Position numbers and translations under genes: made by a program
Notes under the pieces: generated by a model
Databases searched by the model: none
What the model was told of the DNA's origin: nothing
Seen by the model: the letters and a program-made list of their open reading frames with translations, nothing else
In this document: positions 1 through 9,823 of the stretch, in pieces
Numbering within the stretch: position 1 is the stretch's first letter
Layout: each line of letters opens with the position of its first letter
Source: an uncultured bacterium
GTDB lineage: Bacteria > Fidelibacterota > Marinisomatia > Marinisomatales > UBA1611
Assembly (NCBI GenBank): GCA_943788175.1
Contig: CALSPG010000003.1
Span: forward strand, 1 to 64,000
DNA length: 64,000 nt
Reading direction: 5' to 3'

Positions 1-2776
1 TAGACTCTGATGGTAACCCAATTCCTATATTTGGTGATGATGGTTTTACCGTTGTAGGGTTTCAAACAGATACCTTGGAGGTTCCTTTTGAGGGGGTAAA
101 CTATACCGGAACTCCATTTTCATTTCCCATAGATTCTGTAAAAACTTTTTCTGCTGATTTTTATAACGCTTCTATTGCTGGACCAGCAAATAATATTTTA
201 GATTCCCTTTTTGGTGCAATTAATAGTCAAGCTCCTGTAAACCTTGGCCTTAATTCCCTTTTGCCTGATTCAGATCCTCAATTTATAAGTAGTATTGATA
301 CAATAAACATTAGTTCTGGTGATAATAGCTCTTATGCAACAAAAATTGTTAACAGAGGAATACCAACAGATATTTCCTCTCCCTTTTCTAGATTAGTAAC
401 TGGAACAGAGGCCTTAGACGATACTGTTGTAAATCACTCAACTTCATCGATAGCGACTGGTAACTTACTTGATGAGACAAAAGATTTAGGGCGGAGAAGG
501 ATTAGCACAGCTTTTACAAATAACAGCGGGGTTTCAACTTGATTATGCTCCGCCAGGTTCATTTGTTACTTTATATCCTCCAAATGATATAGGTGGGCAA
601 TGCTCCTAGTGATTCTTTGTATATTGACTTTAGTGTGCAATTTAGTCTGGGTGGTGTAGAAAGTATGGATGTTTCTATTGACTCAGTTGGTTTAGATGTT
701 CCAAAGCCTGAAATTCCTTTTGGTGCAACGGAAAACGACGATGGTTCATCAACGAGCCTAGAGTTGTATAGAACAGTGCTGTCCCTCAGATAATGTTCCT
801 TTCACATCCAATAGGCTTCAAGTTTTAAACTTGATCAACACATTTCCATTTAACATAAAATTTTTAATGGATTATAAAAACTTTTTTGTACCTCAGGGCA
901 ATGTACCAGTCAAAATTGATCAAATTTTAACTCCTGGAGAAACCTATAATTTTGACATTAGTCTCAAAGGAGACACGATGAGGGCTGCAAACCCTGACTC
1001 TGCTATTGATAAATTAGATTTGGATTTAGAGGTAAGCATACCTACGCAAAAAGTTACTATCCCGTTAGACGGCTCTAGTCTTGGTGGTTTAGGTTTGACC
1101 GTTAGGTTTGGCTCCTTAGTATTCAAGGAGCTAGAGGCGAATATAGTTCAGGGCTTTCCATCAGTCCCTCAAGATCAAGAGATGCCTCAGGGTTTCAAAG
1201 GCGCAACATTAGCTGATGTTCGTTTAGCCCTAATAATGAAAAGCCAAATAAAGCTTCCTGTGAGAATGAATATGGATTTTACTGGAGTGGATGTTTTTGG
1301 TGATACGACTAGAATGAGTTTTGATATTGATACTATCGGTTATCCGCCAACAGATCTAGACACATCGATGACTGTAATTGAATTGAACCGTTTTGGTACA
1401 CAGATTCAAATATTTGATCGGACCACTGATAGTGTCGCTTCATTTGATACGATTGTAGCTCCAGCAGCAAATCAAGGAACAATAATTGATTTAATGGCCT
1501 CTAATCCAACTAAGCTTACCATTGATGCTGCTGCCAAGGATTGATGGAAGAGGTACTATCGTTGCTGGCGCAGGCATTGGGGGTGGATTTAGATTAGTAG
1601 CCCCTTTCTCATTAATATTAGATGAGATGGTTTTCTTATCACACGCCAACAGTAATTGAAGAAATGGATTACGAGACAAGAAATAAAATTAGAAATTCGT
1701 TGATTAGTGCGGAATTGAATTTCGATGTTACGAATGCTCTGCCTATAGGTGCAGAGTTATCGATGCTACTTTCAAATAGTGAGTTTTTCCCAACAAACAA
1801 TACTCCCGAGATGCTCCTCGCTTTTAGGGACACAATGGCTCTAAACCAGGGCTGGTCATTAACCGACAATGTTTATATCTTAAATAAGTGTGAAGATATG
1901 GCTCCGAGCAAAGGAACTATCTACATATATGATGTGATGACAGATTTTAATGAATGTATTGATGGTATTCCTTATATCGTTAGGTCAAATGGAAGTGGCA
2001 TCGATACGGTTATTAGTTACGTTGATACCTTGTTTAAATTTATATTGCCCAACCCAAACAGACTCTACACTGAATGAGGACGAGGACTCACTTGGCTTTC
2101 CTGAAGGTATGGTTGCGGAACCTGGAAATTCTTCTTACTCTAACAGGACTTGACACTAATAGAGTGAGATTAATTACAGATTATGGAAATCATTACGTGA
2201 TGCCAAGATTTCAGATAAATAGTACTGATTCGGAAATGGTGTATTTTATCTGTTGATGATTATCTTGAGGTCGGATCATTCATCACTTTTAAAGTGAGCA
2301 GTTCAGGAGCATTTGCCACAGCAAATTCAGAATTAGTTATTGTTTACCCAAATGGTGGACAAACTCTTTTTACTAATCAAAAATATAATATACAATGGCG
2401 TGCCTATGGAGATGACATCTCAGCTGTTGATATTTACTATTCTACATCATCTGATTCTAATCTAAACGCTTTTGCTGAGGGATACTGGACTGGTTTGAAT
2501 GGCGGATTAATCGCTGAGGATGTTGTAAGCATTGCAGGTCTTAATTCATTTGAGTGGGATCTTACTGGATTTGCTGAAAATGATTCTGTTCGCATAAGAA
2601 TAGTTAGTAATGAAAAAGTAGTTTTAGATAAGGAAACTGAGCAATATGTTAAAGCTCGAGATATAAATGGCTGGTACATAAAAACAAAAAATCCAAGTAC
2701 GTTCCAAACAATTTCATCTAATAGTAGATATTTTATAGGACCGCGCAATACTCAAAGAAGCGAGAGTAGAAAATGA
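1..2776 (+). CDS. 3' part of a large exported beta-rich protein, split by ~8 apparent frameshifts (ORFs 75-542, 593-793, 831-1544, 1622-2077, 2074-2256, 2294-2776); C-terminal Ig-like domain
   Basis: The frame is open from the window start. Consecutive same-strand ORFs of similar D/S/T-rich composition join by single-base shifts (e.g. ~490, ~597, ~783, ~1538). The last piece has VIVYPNGGQTL...YNIQW, typical of Kre9/KNH-like Ig domains. Stop overlaps the next ATG (ATGA). Confidence 0.6.
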
Positions 2777-4224
2777 GTCGATTAATCATAAGTATAATTC
2801 TTGTTTTGTTTATTCAAATAAATGCTCAGACTAAGCGAGACCCGAGGGTTGTAGGGCTTTCCGGTGCTTACACTACCATTGCAGAAGGAATATTTTGTGT
2901 CGGTTATAACCCTGCTCTAATTACTAGAGCACATGATAAGCCATTTATGCTTCAGATGTATCAGTCTGACAGAGGTTTTTTAGGTAACTTTTTTTCTATT
3001 GAAAATGTTGCCCAGTTCAGTGGAGATACGCTAAATAATAAAGAAAAAGATGCTCTTTTTGAAAATTTTGAAGATGGTGGGGGAGTCTCTTTTTTCCAAG
3101 ATAGACATTTGCCAATTCCGTTTTTAAACTATTCAAAAGGGAACACGGCATTCACAAGTAACCTTGTTATTTTAAATAACTTTAAAATTCCACTAGGGCT
3201 ATTAGAATTAGTGTTTTATGGCAATGGTGGAAAGCCTGATTTAGATATGACATTGAATCTTGAAATTCTAGGCGTTAATGAGTTTGGCTATACATTCGGA
3301 ATCCCTTTTGAGTCATTATCCTTTGGAGTGACTCTAAAGTACTTGCAAGGCCTTTTCTATATGGGTATAGATCCAGACTCTAGCTCGGCAAATTTGATAA
3401 CATCTGATATCGGTTTATATGGTGGTGGTAAATATCTCATTCGTCAAGGTATAGGAGGAAAAGGATTCGGATTAGATTTAGGCGTAGTTACAAAAGAAAT
3501 TAATGGGTGGACATTTGGAGCATCAATGATCAATGTCGCAGGTACTATTGAATGGAACAAACCCTCTGGTATGAAAGACTTCTTAGAAAAATACCCTGAT
3601 CTTTTCGCGGGGTTTTACCCTTTTAAATGGGGTGGTCGAACGGTTCAAGATGATGAAGCTATATTATATACTTATTCTATTGATACCCTAAGAGCGGATA
3701 ACTTAAGTCAAGATTCTCTATTTACGAATAAGACTGAATTTATTAAAGATACTTTAGAAAATGGAGATCCTAGAATATTTGAAACTCGTTACCCTGCATT
3801 GTTTAGATTTGGATTTTCAAAAAAAATGCCCACTTATATAGTAGCGTCTGATTTAGTTGCAGGTTTTCAAGATAAATACTACGCTAGGGCTAAATGGAGA
3901 TGGTCTGTTGGTTTAGAATGGACGAAAATGGAATCATTCCCTTTAAGAATTGGGTATTCTTGGGCTGGTGCAGATTTAAAAGAATTATCGATGGGTTTTG
4001 GATATAGGAAAGGTCCATTGATATGGGATTTTGGTTTTGCCTTTCGAAATGGTACATGGCTCCATACAATGAAAGGGTTTAATCTTTCTACTGGAATTAC
4101 GCTTACTTCTTTTGGAGGGTGGAAGACAGATAAAGAAAAAAGTAATTCTGATAAAGGCCTAAGAGGGTTTTTCAATAGATTAAAGAAAAAAAAATCTAAA
4201 AAGGGAAAAAGAATCTTCTGTTAA
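2773..4224 (+). CDS. outer-membrane beta-barrel protein, DUF5723/TraF/PorV-like superfamily
   Basis: Signal peptide; DPRVVGLSGAY...YNPALI N-terminal motif; GVTLKYLQG, GFGLDLG, PLRIGY, LSMGFGY strands. Confidence 0.65.
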   Translation: MSRLIISIILVLFIQINAQTKRDPRVVGLSGAYTTIAEGIFCVGYNPALITRAHDKPFMLQMYQSDRGFLGNFFSIENVAQFSGDTLNNKEKDALFENFEDGGGVSFFQDRHLPIPFLNYSKGNTAFTSNLVILNNFKIPLGLLELVFYGNGGKPDLDMTLNLEILGVNEFGYTFGIPFESLSFGVTLKYLQGLFYMGIDPDSSSANLITSDIGLYGGGKYLIRQGIGGKGFGLDLGVVTKEINGWTFGASMINVAGTIEWNKPSGMKDFLEKYPDLFAGFYPFKWGGRTVQDDEAILYTYSIDTLRADNLSQDSLFTNKTEFIKDTLENGDPRIFETRYPALFRFGFSKKMPTYIVASDLVAGFQDKYYARAKWRWSVGLEWTKMESFPLRIGYSWAGADLKELSMGFGYRKGPLIWDFGFAFRNGTWLHTMKGFNLSTGITLTSFGGWKTDKEKSNSDKGLRGFFNRLKKKKSKKGKRIFC

Positions 4225-4226
4225 CT

Positions 4227-5318
4227 CTACTTCCTTGCCTTCAATAGTAGAATAATACCGCCAATTAAAAAAATAATATTACCTAACCAAGCTGACAATA
4301 GTGGTTCTAATTGTCCTTTAAATCCCATCGATTGACCAAATTTTATAAAAGCATAATAACCAAATATTACAAAAACACTCATCCCTATTCCAAAAGATAG
4401 GCCATTTTTTTCTCTAAAAACAACGAGCGGAATTCCACATAGTACAACGATAAAGTTTGTGAGCGCAAAGGAGACCTTTAAATATCTAGTAACTTCCCAT
4501 TTTAAGGTTTTAACACCATTGTCTTTTAAATCGTTAATCCTGGAAGTTAATTCATAGTAATCTAATTCATCAGGTGAGCGGGCTTGTTTATTAATATCTT
4601 CTGGACTGAAACCGAGGTCAATTAATGTATCCTTTTCAGAAAAATTGACATTGCTTTCGATTCCATTTTCAAAACCTCTTATTGAATAGTTTGATAGTGT
4701 CCAAAATTCAGTCTTTTTATCAAATTTAATTTTTTTTGCATCAATTCTTTGTTTAATTATATCTGATCCAAGATCAACCCAAGTTAGAATATTACCTGTC
4801 ATTGTTTTCACATTGTATTTTTCAATTCCAATGTGAATAGTCATATCTTTCTGTAAAAAAATATTTTTGAGAGTGCTCTTTACTTTATGTCTTGATTTCT
4901 TCTTTACGTAATCACGATCTATTGTGTATCGTTGTTTATTCCCCCATGAGACTAGTTTATTATCTAAAACAAATGAAAGTATGCTTACTGACATTCCCGC
5001 AATTAATAATGGAGTTGCGAGTCTATATAGACTTATGCCAGACGATTTCATCGCAGTCCACTCGTTCCGTTTTACAATCATTCCAACACCAAAAACAGTA
5101 GATATAAGCATAGACATCGGAAGAGCAATGCTGATAAACCAGGGTATGGTATAAATATAATAGTTAATTATTATTTTTGTTGGAACGCCATTATCAATGA
5201 AACGGTCTAAGTTTTCAATAAGGTCTACAACTAGAAAAATAGCTAAGAAACCCATTAGAGATATTCCGAGAATACTAAAAAATTGAGAGTATAAGTATTT
5301 ATCTAACTTCTGTAACAT
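4227..5318 (-). CDS. lptG: LPS export ABC transporter permease LptF/LptG family
   Basis: LDKYL N-terminus, LPMSMLIS, NEWTAMKSSGISL motif, periplasmic beta-jellyroll region, C-terminal PLLSAWLGN. LptF versus LptG not fully resolved. Confidence 0.88.
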   Translation of the reverse strand: MLQKLDKYLYSQFFSILGISLMGFLAIFLVVDLIENLDRFIDNGVPTKIIINYYIYTIPWFISIALPMSMLISTVFGVGMIVKRNEWTAMKSSGISLYRLATPLLIAGMSVSILSFVLDNKLVSWGNKQRYTIDRDYVKKKSRHKVKSTLKNIFLQKDMTIHIGIEKYNVKTMTGNILTWVDLGSDIIKQRIDAKKIKFDKKTEFWTLSNYSIRGFENGIESNVNFSEKDTLIDLGFSPEDINKQARSPDELDYYELTSRINDLKDNGVKTLKWEVTRYLKVSFALTNFIVVLCGIPLVVFREKNGLSFGIGMSVFVIFGYYAFIKFGQSMGFKGQLEPLLSAWLGNIIFLIGGIILLLKARK

Positions 5319-5381
5319 AAATTTGCTTGTAATAACAATCTAATTTGATGATAATGAAGCAATAAAAAAATAGGTTCGAGA

Positions 5382-6743
5382 ATGAATTTATATGACATTA
5401 TAAATAATTTTATGGCTTCTGCCGCTAATGCTTTATGGGGCACCCCTCTAGTATTATTATTATTAGGAGGGGGGATTTATTTTAGTATTATTTCAAAGTT
5501 GACTCCATTCAGGTATCTTTCCCACGCTTTAGACATATTACGTGGGAAGTACGATTCTGAAGATGATCCCGGCCAAATTACTCATTTTCAGGCTTTATCT
5601 AGTGCGTTATCAAGTACTGTTGGAATGGGAAACATTGCTGGTGTTGCTGTTGCCATTCACACTGGTGGCCCGGGTTCTATTTTTTGGATGTGGTGCACTG
5701 CAGTTCTAGGTATGAGCACAAAATTTTTCTCTTGCACGCTTTCAATAATGTATCGAGGTGTTGATGATAAAGGGGAGGTCCAAGGTGGCGTGATGTATTA
5801 TATCGAACAAGGTTTGGGTAAAAATTATAAGCCCTTAGCTATAATGTTTAGTCTCTCAGGAATGATTGGTTGTACAATATTTTTTCAAGCAAACCAACTT
5901 TCTCAGATTGTAAGAGAGTATTTATATAATTCTACAGGCATTTTTCAAAATAATATTTTTTTCGGAGACTTGGTTACTGGATTCATAGTAGCAACTATAG
6001 TTTCTGTTGTTATCTTTGGAGGTATAAAAAGAATTGCATTAGTGGCTTCACGCATGGTGCCCGTAATGGTAGGTATTTATTTAATTGCTGCTATCATTGT
6101 TATTAGCAAAAATTTCCAACTAGTTCCAGGAATATTTTCTCTTATAGTGACCGATGCTTTTAGTGGTAATGCTGTAGCTGGAGGAGCTATAGGCTCTATG
6201 ATAAGTATAGGCGTTCGTAGAGGCTTATTTTCAAATGAGGCTGGTTCTGGCACGGAAACCATGGCACATGGTGCAGCAAAAACAAAAGAACCAGTTCGGG
6301 AAGGTTTAGTCGCAATGCTTGGACCATTAATTGATACGATAATCGTATGCTCAATTACTGCAGTGGTTATTTTATTAAGCGGAGTTTATACTCAGGATTT
6401 AAATGGAGTTTCTATGACTGTTGCTGCTTTTGAAAATCAACTTGGTCTCTTTGGAAAAATCCTAATAATGATTGCAGTGGTTACCTTTTCTTTATCGACA
6501 ATGTTTGGTTACTCCTATTACGGCAGGAAATGTACATCTTATTTGTTCGGAACAAAATGGAAGCAAGCCTATAATCTATTTTATGTAGCAATGATTATTG
6601 TTGCGTCAACAATTTCAATAGACATCGCAATAAATTTTATGGATAGTGCTTTTGCTCTGATGGTAATTCCGACGATGATAGCAACAATATTGTTAGCACC
6701 ACATGTCATTAATGAAAGTAGAAAATATTTTAAGAAAATTTGA
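5382..6743 (+). CDS. alanine/glycine:cation symporter (AGCS family)
   Basis: FQALSSALSSTVGMGNIAGVAVAI, GGPGSIFWMW, RGLFSNEAGSG, DTIIVCSITA motifs. Confidence 0.95.
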   Translation: MNLYDIINNFMASAANALWGTPLVLLLLGGGIYFSIISKLTPFRYLSHALDILRGKYDSEDDPGQITHFQALSSALSSTVGMGNIAGVAVAIHTGGPGSIFWMWCTAVLGMSTKFFSCTLSIMYRGVDDKGEVQGGVMYYIEQGLGKNYKPLAIMFSLSGMIGCTIFFQANQLSQIVREYLYNSTGIFQNNIFFGDLVTGFIVATIVSVVIFGGIKRIALVASRMVPVMVGIYLIAAIIVISKNFQLVPGIFSLIVTDAFSGNAVAGGAIGSMISIGVRRGLFSNEAGSGTETMAHGAAKTKEPVREGLVAMLGPLIDTIIVCSITAVVILLSGVYTQDLNGVSMTVAAFENQLGLFGKILIMIAVVTFSLSTMFGYSYYGRKCTSYLFGTKWKQAYNLFYVAMIIVASTISIDIAINFMDSAFALMVIPTMIATILLAPHVINESRKYFKKI

Positions 6744-6746
6744 TTT

Positions 6747-6784
6747 TTGAACAAATTGATTTTTAGTTTTATATTGCCCGGGCA
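6747..6784 (+). promoter_or_regulatory. candidate sigma70 promoter (TTGAAC-N17-TATATT) followed by GC palindrome TGCCCGGGCA
   Basis: Read directly: -35 at 6747-6752, -10 at 6770-6775, palindrome at 6775-6784, upstream of the ATG at 6830. Confidence 0.4.
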
Positions 6785-6829
6785 TCTCAATTATTCTTTT
6801 TTTATAATCATGAGTTTTATAAAATTTTA

Positions 6830-7948
6830 ATGCTTAAAAAAAACATACAAATTTTAGATTCAACTTTAAGGGAAGGTGAACAGACTCCGGGTGTTTCTTT
6901 TACGGTACCCCAAAAACTTGAGATTGTTAAAATGTTAGACGCCTTTGGCGTTGATTTTATTGAAGTTGGTCATCCTGCGGTTTCCGCTGATATTTATAAG
7001 TCTATTGAAGAAATAAATAAGCTTTCTATAAATGCTAAAGCTATTGTTCATTGCAGGTTGAAAAGAGAAGATATTGAAAATGCGTTAGATCTTAAAATGT
7101 CATGGGTTGGTATTTTTTTTGGGACATCTCAAAATTATTTATTTGATAAATATAAAATTGATGAGAAAAAATGTTTAAAAATGATAAAAGAGGGCATTGA
7201 ATATGCAAAGGATCACGGTTTAAAAGTTCGTTTTACTGCTGAGGATGCATCAAGGACAGATAGACAATTTTTGTTAAATGTTGCTCAAGTTGCTGAAAAG
7301 GCTGGTGTGGATAGATTTAGCATAGCAGATACTGTTGGAATATTATATCCGGAAAAAGTTTCACAGATATTCAGTTTTTTTGTTAAAAAACTGAATATTC
7401 CAATTCACGCTCACTTTCATAATGATTTTGGCTTAGCTACAGCAAATACTTTACAAGCTATCCAATCTGGTGCTACGTGTGTGGATGTTTCTATAAATGG
7501 TTTAGGGGAAAGGTGTGGTATTAGCTCCTTTAGTGAGGTTACAATGTCTTTGGATGAATTGCTGAAAGTAAAAAATGATTGGAACTTTAAGCTGTTAAAC
7601 GAAATATCTCAATATGTTAAAAACATTACAAACATTAGTAGTAATGACATAATGCCAATAACTGGCAAAAATGCATTTACTCACAACGGTGGTTTGCATG
7701 TTGCTTCCGTACTAAAAAACCCTTCAACCTACGAATCAATTCGTCCAAATAAGATCAATAGAGAAAACACTTTTGTTATTGATAAGTTTTCAGGAAAAAC
7801 TGCTTTAAATCATTGTTTTAAAAAACTTGGAATAAAAACTAACGATCAAATTGTTGATAGAGCCTTAATTGAGATAAAAACTAATCCACAAATAACTAAC
7901 TGGACGGATAAACAACTGTCATCATTAATTGAAAAGTTAAATAATTAA
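6830..7948 (+). CDS. homocitrate synthase-like DRE-TIM metallolyase (LeuA/NifV/LysS family) without the LeuA regulatory domain
   Basis: DSTLREGEQTPG, AEDASR, HFHNDFGLATAN, NGLGERCG, AFTHNGGLH motifs; 372 aa. Confidence 0.8.
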   Translation: MLKKNIQILDSTLREGEQTPGVSFTVPQKLEIVKMLDAFGVDFIEVGHPAVSADIYKSIEEINKLSINAKAIVHCRLKREDIENALDLKMSWVGIFFGTSQNYLFDKYKIDEKKCLKMIKEGIEYAKDHGLKVRFTAEDASRTDRQFLLNVAQVAEKAGVDRFSIADTVGILYPEKVSQIFSFFVKKLNIPIHAHFHNDFGLATANTLQAIQSGATCVDVSINGLGERCGISSFSEVTMSLDELLKVKNDWNFKLLNEISQYVKNITNISSNDIMPITGKNAFTHNGGLHVASVLKNPSTYESIRPNKINRENTFVIDKFSGKTALNHCFKKLGIKTNDQIVDRALIEIKTNPQITNWTDKQLSSLIEKLNN

Positions 7949-8070
7949 ATTTTTTAAAATCTGTTAAAATAAGTTTTTTATTAAATTGCTTGCTTGATTT
8001 TGTTTCTTATAATCAATTGAAAGTTGAACTTTTAAGTGATTTAAAATCTAAATATTTAGGCATTTTAAAT

Positions 8071-8099
8071 TTGCCTTGTTTTCTTATGTATTATATATT
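8071..8099 (+). promoter_or_regulatory. candidate sigma70 promoter of the surface-protein operon
   Basis: TTGCCT (8071-8076), 17 nt spacer, TATATT (8094-8099). Confidence 0.4.
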
Positions 8100-8186
8100 C
8101 AAGTTAGAAGCTGTACTCTAGAGGTAGGGAAATTTTCGCTATTAACCTTTGTCAAGGTTGCAGATTCAACACAAATAAAAATAAAA

Positions 8187-8990
8187 ATGAATATTACACA
8201 TATAATTACTCTTCTTAAAGTAGTGTCTTCGCGACTGATTATGGCAGTACTGTTTTTAATTGTTGTATTACCTTCCAGCTCTATTCAGGCTCAAGATCCA
8301 GATGAAGAAGGAGAAATATTCTGGAGTGACGATGAAGATATCGAATCAGAGGAAGATGAGTTTGCAGACGAAGAAGAATTCCTTGATGATGATGAATATT
8401 ATGAAGATGAAGAGGAAGGTGATTACGATGATGAGGAATATTATGAAGATAATACAAATATCGATGAGGAAGATGAATTTGAAGAAGATTTGAACGTAAG
8501 CTCGAAAGAAGTGACTAGGTCAGGCTGGAGTGTTGATATATCTGGTTCAGCCGCTAGATTAGTAAACTACACCTTATGGAAAGAATATGGACTGAATGAG
8601 TCTTCTTGGGAACCTAGTATGCAAGGCAAAGTAAGTATTGAAGCTCCTTATATGCTCAAGGTTTTAGGTTTAAGATTTCGTATTGGGGCTGAAGTTGGTA
8701 CTTTTGGTTTTGCTGATTTAACTCCAAGAGGTGCTGAGTTAAAAGGTGTTTCAGGTGTTCTATTAGCATCGATTCCAGCTGGGCCTGGTAAAATAAAAAT
8801 GGGCACAGGGTTTTTTGGAAAGTCAATGGGTTTCATTTTTGAAGCTACATATGGAATTGCATTAGGCTCTCTGGACTTGAGAGTTGGTTTAAGGTCTACT
8901 GAATTAATGAGTGCAATTGATGATAAAGATAAATCGTTAGGTCATCTAGGTTGGATGGACGGTGTCATGGCTCTAGGGGTTAACTTTTAA
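8187..8990 (+). CDS. exported protein: acidic N-terminal tract plus putative small outer-membrane beta-barrel (paralog 1)
   Basis: Likely start is ATG 8187 (the ORF track starts at TTG 8076). Hydrophobic signal ending IQA-Q, D/E/Y-rich tract, Gly/aromatic alternating strands, C-terminal ALGVNF. Confidence 0.7.
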   Translation: MNITHIITLLKVVSSRLIMAVLFLIVVLPSSSIQAQDPDEEGEIFWSDDEDIESEEDEFADEEEFLDDDEYYEDEEEGDYDDEEYYEDNTNIDEEDEFEEDLNVSSKEVTRSGWSVDISGSAARLVNYTLWKEYGLNESSWEPSMQGKVSIEAPYMLKVLGLRFRIGAEVGTFGFADLTPRGAELKGVSGVLLASIPAGPGKIKMGTGFFGKSMGFIFEATYGIALGSLDLRVGLRSTELMSAIDDKDKSLGHLGWMDGVMALGVNF

Positions 8991-8995
8991 ATATT

Positions 8996-9820
8996 ATGAA
9001 GTTAGAACAAATACGTTTTGCAAATATTTTGCTATGGCTTTTACTGTTTGGTTTTTTTGCAGTGCCTGCTCAAGTAGTCTATGGACAAGATGTAGATGAT
9101 GAGGGTGAAATGTTTTGGGGTGACGATGAGGAAGAATATGAAGACGATGAGGAAGAATATGAAGATGATGAGGAAGAATATGAAGATGATGAGGAAGAAT
9201 ATGAAGATGATGAGGAAGAATATGAAGATGATGAGGAAGAATATGAAGATGATGAGGAAGAATATGAAGATGATGAGGAAGAATATGAAGATGATGAGGA
9301 AGAATATGAAGACGATTTTGACAGTGAAGATGTAGACTTAGCAGATCAAGCTGAAAGCATGGGTTGGAGTATCGATATATCTGGTTCTTCTCCACGATTT
9401 GTTAATGAATCTTTAATGACCTGGAACTCTAGCATAAACCTGAGGGCTAGTATTGAAGCCCCTTTTCTAATGCAGGTTATGGGCATGAGATTTAGGTTTG
9501 GTGCCGAGTTAGGTACTTATGGTTTTGAAGATTCAATGCCACCCAAAACTGCTGAGTTAAAAGGTCTTACCGCCATGGGTATTACTTCTTTTCCAGTTGG
9601 ACCTGGAAAAATAAAATTAGGTATTGGAATTATTGGTTCTTCAGTTGGCTCGATGTTCGAATCTTCTTATGGGATTAAGTTTGGGTCGATCGCACTCAGA
9701 GTTGGTATAAGGTATGCTAAAATTTTAACACCTGGATCTGATATAAAAGAAGCATTTGTCGTTGAGCCAGAAACGCTTAATTGGATGGATGGTTTAGTAG
9801 CTGTAGGAATTAGTTTATAA
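8996..9820 (+). CDS. exported protein: (DDEEEYE)9 tract plus putative small beta-barrel (paralog 2)
   Basis: Signal peptide; shares GWSxDISGS, SIEAP, RFRxGAExGTxGF, AELKG, GPGKIK, LRVG, WMDG with the upstream gene. Confidence 0.75.
   Translation: MKLEQIRFANILLWLLLFGFFAVPAQVVYGQDVDDEGEMFWGDDEEEYEDDEEEYEDDEEEYEDDEEEYEDDEEEYEDDEEEYEDDEEEYEDDEEEYEDDEEEYEDDFDSEDVDLADQAESMGWSIDISGSSPRFVNESLMTWNSSINLRASIEAPFLMQVMGMRFRFGAELGTYGFEDSMPPKTAELKGLTAMGITSFPVGPGKIKLGIGIIGSSVGSMFESSYGIKFGSIALRVGIRYAKILTPGSDIKEAFVVEPETLNWMDGLVAVGISL
9122..9310 (+). repeat. coding tandem repeat, 9 x 21 bp (GAYGATGAGGAAGAATATGAA = DDEEEYE)
   Basis: Counted directly; the first two units start GAC, the others GAT; no spacers. 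Confidence 0.97.
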
Positions 9821-9823
9821 AAA

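Noticed and set aside
1-2776. Selenoprotein UGA read-through explaining the split ORFs (selAB is nearby)
   Set aside because: The coding sense continues in a different frame, not past the UGA, and no Cys-type redox motif context is present.
4183-4224. KKKKSKKGKRIFC as a Ras-like prenylation signal
   Set aside because: Cys is terminal rather than CaaX, the protein is a bacterial barrel, and the ending may result from a one-base error.
6830-7948. nifV indicating nitrogen fixation
   Set aside because: No nif genes in the window, and family motifs do not specify NifV.
8103-8170. tRNA (e.g. selC) in the multi-stem element
   Set aside because: No T-loop GTTCRA, no D-loop GG context, no anticodon arm or CCA; kept only as a candidate leader structure.
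9122-9310. 21-bp repeats as a CRISPR array
   Set aside because: Head-to-tail units with no spacers, in frame within a CDS, and no cas genes in the window.
8994-9395. Minus-strand His-rich ORF (HHLHILP repeats) and the +strand MMRKNMK ORF 9096-9335
   Set aside because: Shadow frames of the DDEEEYE repeat; the acidic frame has a signal peptide and a paralog.
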